A stretch of DNA of 21,715 nucleotides from Oculatellaceae cyanobacterium bins.114 (lineage in GTDB: Bacteria > Cyanobacteriota > Cyanobacteriia > Elainellales > Elainellaceae). The first letter of the stretch is position 1. Each line of letters begins with the position of its first letter. The DNA lies in assembly GCA_033764315.1 (NCBI GenBank), contig JANRJA010000220.1:1-21715 (forward strand). The letters run 5' to 3'. The position numbers and the translations under genes were made by a program. Below, one piece after another: positions 16,408 to 21,715 of this stretch. Below the pieces are notes generated by a model that made no database searches, was not told where the DNA came from, and saw only the letters and a list, made by a program, of their open reading frames with translations.

Positions 16408-17604
16408 TCAGGCAATGGGTGAAGGATCAGATGATTGTCTTTCAATCAGGTTAAAACGGCGTTCTAAATAGTTCCCAAACGTGATGAGTAAGGGCAAAGA
16501 CAAGTTAATCGTCAATAGACGAATTACATGACCAGTGGTGACAATTTCGCTATCTTGATGCAGCGTTAGGGCAATCCAAATCATTTCTGGTGAACCCCCA
16601 GGTGCCGCAATGAGCAGACAAGTGAGCCAGTTCCAATGGGTGAAAAGGTGAATCATTCCAGCTGCCATGCCTCCAGCGACAAACATCAGGGCGATCGGTA
16701 CGCCTGATCGAGCAACGGTAGACCATTTTGGCTTGGAGTTAATGCCCCAATATTCACCAATGGTGACTCCAAGCAACATTTGACCAACGAGATTAAACAG
16801 CAATGGCAGTTTGAGGTCAATTGAGGGTGTCATTGGCAATAAGAGTGGCACTATCTCAAACAACAACCCCACCCCGATCGCTCCTAAAAACGCTGCCATC
16901 GGTAGCTTTAACTTGCCACCAACATAGACAGTGAGAGCGGCGATCGCGATCATGGCACAAGACAACAACAGATCGTGCAGCGGAATGTTAAACAGTTGCT
17001 GGATAAAAACGGCAATCGGAGTATTGGCGGAGTGAGCAATACTGACGTTGGCAATCAGTGGCATCACTAAGATGACAGATGTAAACCGCATCAATTGAAT
17101 GAGTGAAACCAGACTAGTATTTCTGCTATAGTCTGCCGCAATACTGACCATGACCCCGATATTGCCAGGTGTAGTTGCCAGAATAGCCGTCAGCATATCT
17201 GTTTTTTCTACACGAGAATAAATCATGCCGATAACCCCACCGGCAACCACCAAAAACAAAGGCAACCCCAGAAACAAAGGCAATTGCAGTGATAATTGGT
17301 TGAAGGTGTCGTGTTGTAGGGATAACCCGATCGCCAAACCAATAATCATTTGGCCAATTTTTCTGGCTTTGCGATTGGGTTGTAGTGCTTGTTGAGTTAG
17401 GGTCTGATAGCCAAAAGCGACAACCGCTCCAGCAGCAATTCCCCCTAAAACCCAGGCTGCTCCATTCAAACCCAAACTAATTAACCCCAAACCGAGGAAT
17501 GCAGCAAGAATTAGCTCGATTGTGATGACCAGAGAAGTAGTCAAAAATCGTGTATTTCCTTCTAACTTTTGCCACCCTAGCCTTTGCCATGTAACCTCAA
17601 TCAC
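16408..17604 (-). CDS. AbrB family membrane protein (putative ammonia monooxygenase-like family)
   Basis: Internally duplicated hydrophobic halves: GQMIIG..IG / GQMLLG..IG, TPGN..VM / APGG..EM, Q.MR / H.IR. GTG start with GGAG upstream; start uncertain. Confidence 0.85.
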   Translation of the reverse strand: MIEVTWQRLGWQKLEGNTRFLTTSLVITIELILAAFLGLGLISLGLNGAAWVLGGIAAGAVVAFGYQTLTQQALQPNRKARKIGQMIIGLAIGLSLQHDTFNQLSLQLPLFLGLPLFLVVAGGVIGMIYSRVEKTDMLTAILATTPGNIGVMVSIAADYSRNTSLVSLIQLMRFTSVILVMPLIANVSIAHSANTPIAVFIQQLFNIPLHDLLLSCAMIAIAALTVYVGGKLKLPMAAFLGAIGVGLLFEIVPLLLPMTPSIDLKLPLLFNLVGQMLLGVTIGEYWGINSKPKWSTVARSGVPIALMFVAGGMAAGMIHLFTHWNWLTCLLIAAPGGSPEMIWIALTLHQDSEIVTTGHVIRLLTINLSLPLLITFGNYLERRFNLIERQSSDPSPIA

Positions 17605-17832
17605 ACTCTATTTCTCCATTACGGTTTGCTCTATTTGGAGCTGGCTTAGTCAATTTGAAACGTTTTAATTAAGTCTTGGTACATTCCTTCTCAGTACTAT
17701 AACAATCTTAAAGATAGTAACTCCACATTTACATTTATATCTAGATCGGTAAAGTTGCCCTAGCCTCTCGGCTATTGCCTCTCTTAACACCCCTTTTTCA
17801 GACAAGAGAAGACGTCAGAGGAATGTTCAATC

Positions 17833-18717
17833 ATGGCAAACCATCGCAGGTATTTAATGAATCCAACGCTAATTGGCTTTAGTGCCATTCTGATGTGGTC
17901 AACACTGGCGTTGTTGACGACCTTGAGTGGTTCTATTCCTCCCTTTCAACTCACTGCGATGTGTTTTTCGATCGCGTTTCTGCTTGGATTAGCCTTGTGG
18001 ATCAAGCAAGGAGGAAACGTTTTAACCCATCTCAAGTTGCCTTACAAAGTTTGGATGCTTGGTGTGATTGGTTTGTTTGGCTATCACTTCTTTTATTTCA
18101 TGGCATTAAGCCATTCCCCTGCCGTTGAGGCAAGTTTAATCGCCTATCTTTGGCCTCTATTAATCGTGCTGTTTTCAGCGTTATTGCCAGGTGAACGATT
18201 GCAGTGGTTTCACGTCGTTGGAGCGATCGCTGGTTTTGTCGGTGCTGCGTTGTTAGTCACCAAAGGACAGGCTTTTGTCTTGAATTTGCAATATAGCCTG
18301 GGATATGCGTCGGCCCTTCTATGTGCGGTTATCTGGTCGAGTTATTCTGTGCTGTCGAGGCGGTTTGGTGCGATTCCAACCAATGCAGTCGGTGGGTTTT
18401 GTGGAGTGACAGCTGTGCTTGCCTGGATCTGTCATGCCCTATTTGAGACAAGCGTTATCCCTATTGGTGGAGAGATTTTGGCAGTGCTCTGTTTAGGGAT
18501 AGGACCTCTGGGGTTGGCTTTCTTTACTTGGGATTATGGCGTCAAGCATGGCAATATCAAAGTTTTGGGTGCTCTCTCCTATGCGGCCCCCTTACTATCT
18601 ACCTTGTTATTGGTTGCGTGTGGGTTGGCAAGTGCCACTTGGGTGTTGGGGATTGCCTGCTTACTCATTGTGGGGGGTGCCGTTTTAGCGGCAGGTGACT
18701 TTATAGGCAAGCCGTAA
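17833..18717 (+). CDS. EamA/DMT family transporter (YddG-like)
   Basis: About 10 TM segments; AILMWS.LA, IPPFQL, GLFGYHFFYF.AL, IAYLWPLLIV, AFFTWDYG.KHG and SYAAPLLS. Confidence 0.9.
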   Translation: MANHRRYLMNPTLIGFSAILMWSTLALLTTLSGSIPPFQLTAMCFSIAFLLGLALWIKQGGNVLTHLKLPYKVWMLGVIGLFGYHFFYFMALSHSPAVEASLIAYLWPLLIVLFSALLPGERLQWFHVVGAIAGFVGAALLVTKGQAFVLNLQYSLGYASALLCAVIWSSYSVLSRRFGAIPTNAVGGFCGVTAVLAWICHALFETSVIPIGGEILAVLCLGIGPLGLAFFTWDYGVKHGNIKVLGALSYAAPLLSTLLLVACGLASATWVLGIACLLIVGGAVLAAGDFIGKP

Positions 18718-18885
18718 AGAGCGATACAAAGTCCTTGCCTAACGTCATTACGAGTCAAAAGATTGCCACTGTTAACGCTGGCTGTCATAGTGCCAAGCCC
18801 CTAAATACCGATGCAAAGACGGAGGTAATGCTGACAGATCTCCCAAATCAGCGATCGCCTCATACTTGTCATTTTCCTCTTTTTC

Positions 18886-19527
18886 TTAACGTCTTGCTTT
18901 TGCTCGTTTGGGTTGTGTAGCTCTCGACTCTACGGCAAATTCTGTGATATCCCGCAATTCTACTTCACTCAGACTGTATTGTTCACATACCAAGCTAAGA
19001 CGATACGAAGCAGTTCCCCCATTCGGGTAATCACCTAAAAACTCGATAGGATTGATCGAATGAGTTAAATCACCTTGAAAATAAACGACTGTATTGACTT
19101 GAGGCTTAATTTGTCCTACTTGTTGTTTGTGGTTGCGTAACACCAACTCGCCTCCCTGCATCATAGAGGGCACTTGAACATACAACACACTGACAACCAA
19201 CGGTGGATCAATCGTCTTGCAATACGATCGCAATGATCGATCAATATGTGGATCAACCCGAGATCCCTGCTTAAGCAGGAGCGGATTGAGATAAAAGGCA
19301 TTACACGTTGGCTGTAAGACTTGATCTAAATAGGATTTAAAGAAGGGAAATTGTCGCTCAACTTCGGTTATGTGCGATCGCTGAAATACAACCGAAAACC
19401 CCTTCGTTCCTACAAAATCACGATTCAGGTTATTAACCGCAAAATAAGGACATGCTAAAATCTCCCCTCGCAGGTCATTGAGGTAAGCGATCGAGAAGGC
19501 GTTAGAAGTCTGACGATAGTAATTCAT
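18886..19527 (-). CDS. 2OG-Fe(II) oxygenase family protein
   Basis: HxD (PHID), GGEL, distal His (FQGDLTHS) and RxS (RLSLVCEQY). Confidence 0.85.
   Translation of the reverse strand: MNYYRQTSNAFSIAYLNDLRGEILACPYFAVNNLNRDFVGTKGFSVVFQRSHITEVERQFPFFKSYLDQVLQPTCNAFYLNPLLLKQGSRVDPHIDRSLRSYCKTIDPPLVVSVLYVQVPSMMQGGELVLRNHKQQVGQIKPQVNTVVYFQGDLTHSINPIEFLGDYPNGGTASYRLSLVCEQYSLSEVELRDITEFAVESRATQPKRAKARR
19005..19031 (-). mobile_element. 27-nt in-frame insertion in a HIP1-like site (copy 2)
   Basis: Minus strand GTG|ATTACCCGAATGGGGGAACTGCTTCGT|ATCGT; 20/27 identical to the copy in ndbB. Confidence 0.7.
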
Positions 19528-19558
19528 TGAGAATTGATCATACCTCAGAATGTCCTTG

Positions 19559-21715
19559 TCATGGGTTCCGCGCTATCTGCTGTTGCAGTTGACGGCACTT
19601 AAGTTCTAGTGCGGTTTTAACCTTAGAACATTCCACTTCTAACAGTTGGATGGCTACCGCTCCTTCTGATAAATCCCCTTGACGTCCTACTATTTCTAGT
19701 TCTCTACACAGTTGAGCAAGGTTTAACGCGCCCAGAAAAGTGCTACTTGATTTCAAAGTATGGGTTGCATGTTCTAACCTAGCAGCATTATTCTGATCAA
19801 ACGCCTCAACTGCTTGCTGTACTAATAACGGAGCATCTTCCAGGTAATCCATCAATAACTGAACTATGAGTTCCAAATCGATTTGGCCAAAACTTTCCAA
19901 TGATGCTTGTAATGCTTCTTCATCAATGCACTCTAATTTCGGCTCTAAGGTCTGCTCTAAAGAAGGTTGAGCAGTTGTAACGCCATTAATTTGATTTTCT
20001 AGAGGGAGTTGAAACACATTTTGAGTCTCCAAAGCAAGGGGTTGCAGATGATTTAGACCTGAAGTGAGAGGTTGACATTGTTTCAAGGCCCGCACTAACT
20101 CCTCAACTCGAATTGGTTTACTCACATAATCATCCATTCCTACTTCAAGACAGGTTTCGCGATCGCCCCGCATAGCATTCGCTGTCATCGCAATAATTCT
20201 GGGACGAGGTTGATGCCATTCCTCACAAATCAAGCGAGTTGCTGTTAAACCATCCATTTCAGGCATGTGTACATCCATCAAAATCACATCATACATTTGC
20301 CGACGTAATGCATCTAATACCTCTAGCCCGTTTCCCGCTACATCGGCTCGATATCCCATACGGTTGAGCAGTTGTAAAGCAATTTTTTGGTTAGTTCGAT
20401 TATCTTCAGCCAAGAGAATGCGTAACGGCAGTTGTTCCGCTAGATCATGTTCAATCACAAGGTTACTCAGCGGTTTCTGCTTAAACTGCACCTTCTGAGT
20501 GCCAAAAATATTGATCAGGGTGTTGAATAAGAGAGATTGCTTAATTGGTTTGTTGAGATACGCTACAAAATGATCTTGAATCAATGACCGATCTATATCA
20601 CTCTGTCCGAGTGATGTTAGCATCACCAATGGCAGCTTTTGAGAAGCTTCTAATCGGTGAATTTCAACAGCTAAAGAGCATCCATCTAGATCTAGCATTC
20701 GCATATCTAAAATCGCCAGATCAAACGACTCCCCTTGCCGCAGCAAATTCATCGCTTCTAATCCAGAAGAGACCATGCAAGGTAAGATGCCCCAAGTGCT
20801 CACCTGCTTATCTAGAATCTGCCGATTTGTCGCACTGTCATCGACGATGAGTACGCGCTTCCCAATCAACTCAGGTTGCAAAATATCAAATTCTTCTAGC
20901 GTTTGTTCTGCAATTGATTCAGCCGTGATCGTAAAGTAAAAAGTACTGCCCTCGCCAACAGTGCTCTCAACCGAAATCTTGCCTCCCATCATTTCAGTTA
21001 GTTGCTTGCAGATGACTAATCCCAGTCCTGTTCCTCCATACTTACGAGTCGTTGAAGAATCGATTTGGCTAAATGATTTGAACAAACGGTCTAGACGTTC
21101 ATTTGGAATTCCAATCCCTGTATCTTTAACTGCAAACCGAATCTCATATTGAGTAGAAACTCGATTCTCTAGTAGATGAGGAGAGTTGACTGGATGAGCA
21201 GTTACAGCCAGAAACACCTCTCCTTGATGCGTAAATTTAATAGCGTTATTCAGAAGGTTAACCAGAATTTGTCTCAGCCGAGTAATGTCACCCAAAATTA
21301 CCTTAGGAACGCTAGGGTCAAGCTGGAATGCTAACTCCAGTTTCTTTTCAGCCGCTCTAGTTGCCAGTAAATCAAAGGCTTCTTCAACACATACGCGCAG
21401 TTCAAACGGATACTCTTCAAGTTCTAAATTACCTGATTCAATTTTAGAAAAATCTAGAATATCGTTAATCACTGTTAGTAAGGTATCACCCCCATTTCGG
21501 ATCGTTTCTACAAAGTCCCGTTGTTCTGAGGTTAGAGATGTATCTAGCAGCAATCCTGTCATGCCAATCACTGCATTCATCGGGGTGCGGATTTCATGGC
21601 TCATCGTTGCTAAAAACTCACTCTTTGCGCAAGTAGCAGCTAGAGCTTCATCCCGTGCTTGTGCCAGATCTTGGGCCGCTTGTTGACGCTCAATTTCACT
21701 GCCAATCCACTGCGC
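19559..21715 (-). CDS. Hybrid sensor histidine kinase (HisKA-HATPase-REC-REC-Hpt), 5' part beyond the window
   Basis: The frame stays open to the window edge ([12 protein letters not shown]...[18 protein letters not shown]). It has N/G1/F/G2 boxes, two receivers ([14 protein letters not shown]) and an Hpt motif [17 protein letters not shown] resembles a GAF-domain end. Confidence 0.95.
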   Translation of the reverse strand, partial: AQWIGSEIERQQAAQDLAQARDEALAATCAKSEFLATMSHEIRTPMNAVIGMTGLLLDTSLTSEQRDFVETIRNGGDTLLTVINDILDFSKIESGNLELEEYPFELRVCVEEAFDLLATRAAEKKLELAFQLDPSVPKVILGDITRLRQILVNLLNNAIKFTHQGEVFLAVTAHPVNSPHLLENRVSTQYEIRFAVKDTGIGIPNERLDRLFKSFSQIDSSTTRKYGGTGLGLVICKQLTEMMGGKISVESTVGEGSTFYFTITAESIAEQTLEEFDILQPELIGKRVLIVDDSATNRQILDKQVSTWGILPCMVSSGLEAMNLLRQGESFDLAILDMRMLDLDGCSLAVEIHRLEASQKLPLVMLTSLGQSDIDRSLIQDHFVAYLNKPIKQSLLFNTLINIFGTQKVQFKQKPLSNLVIEHDLAEQLPLRILLAEDNRTNQKIALQLLNRMGYRADVAGNGLEVLDALRRQMYDVILMDVHMPEMDGLTATRLICEEWHQPRPRIIAMTANAMRGDRETCLEVGMDDYVSKPIRVEELVRALKQCQPLTSGLNHLQPLALETQNVFQLPLENQINGVTTAQPSLEQTLEPKLECIDEEALQASLESFGQIDLELIVQLLMDYLEDAPLLVQQAVEAFDQNNAARLEHATHTLKSSSTFLGALNLAQLCRELEIVGRQGDLSEGAVAIQLLEVECSKVKTALELKCRQLQQQIARNP

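Larger units (their letters stand above)
1..21715. repeat. Dispersed HIP1 octamers (GCGATCGC)
   Basis: Roughly 30 copies by eye (e.g. 3901, 5273, 7109, 11572), far above chance for an 8-mer in 21.7 kb. Confidence 0.95.

Noticed and set aside
17590-17605. TGTAACCTCAATCACA as an NtcA/CRP-type site
   Set aside because: It is one mismatch from either consensus but overlaps the predicted GTG start and lacks a properly spaced -10 on either strand, so it is unsupported without data.
1117-21686. Short overlapping or antisense ORFs from the track (e.g. 1117-1422, 6231-6485, 13326-13700, 20265-20498, 21285-21686)
   Set aside because: They are shadows of well-supported genes and have no recognisable motifs.

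Overview
Cyanobacterial chromosomal segment, judged by roughly 30 HIP1 octamers (GCGATCGC, counted by eye) and heptamer tandem repeats. It is mostly housekeeping and accessory genes: ndbB-type oxidoreductase, HAD hydrolase, DUF1824, M50 site-2 protease, sbcD, APC permease, cysH, glutaredoxin-like protein, murE, a His-less sensor kinase, MOSC protein, ComFB-domain protein, AbrB-type membrane protein, EamA transporter, 2OG-Fe(II) oxygenase and a window-truncated hybrid kinase. No CRISPR array, rRNA, tRNA or intact transposase was seen. The most interesting signal is sub-genic. A related 27-nt sequence sits at the same position (GCG^ATCGC) of degenerate HIP1 sites, in frame inside two unrelated genes (ndbB and the 2OG oxygenase), with a probable decayed third copy in an intergenic region. 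This looks like a very small HIP1-targeted mobile element. Also present are a 129-bp MITE with a TAA duplication that splits a 13-nt tandem repeat, a second MITE-like element, REP-like palindromes, and a probable IS end that truncates a DUF5984-like gene at the left edge. All family assignments come from recognised motifs, not database searches.
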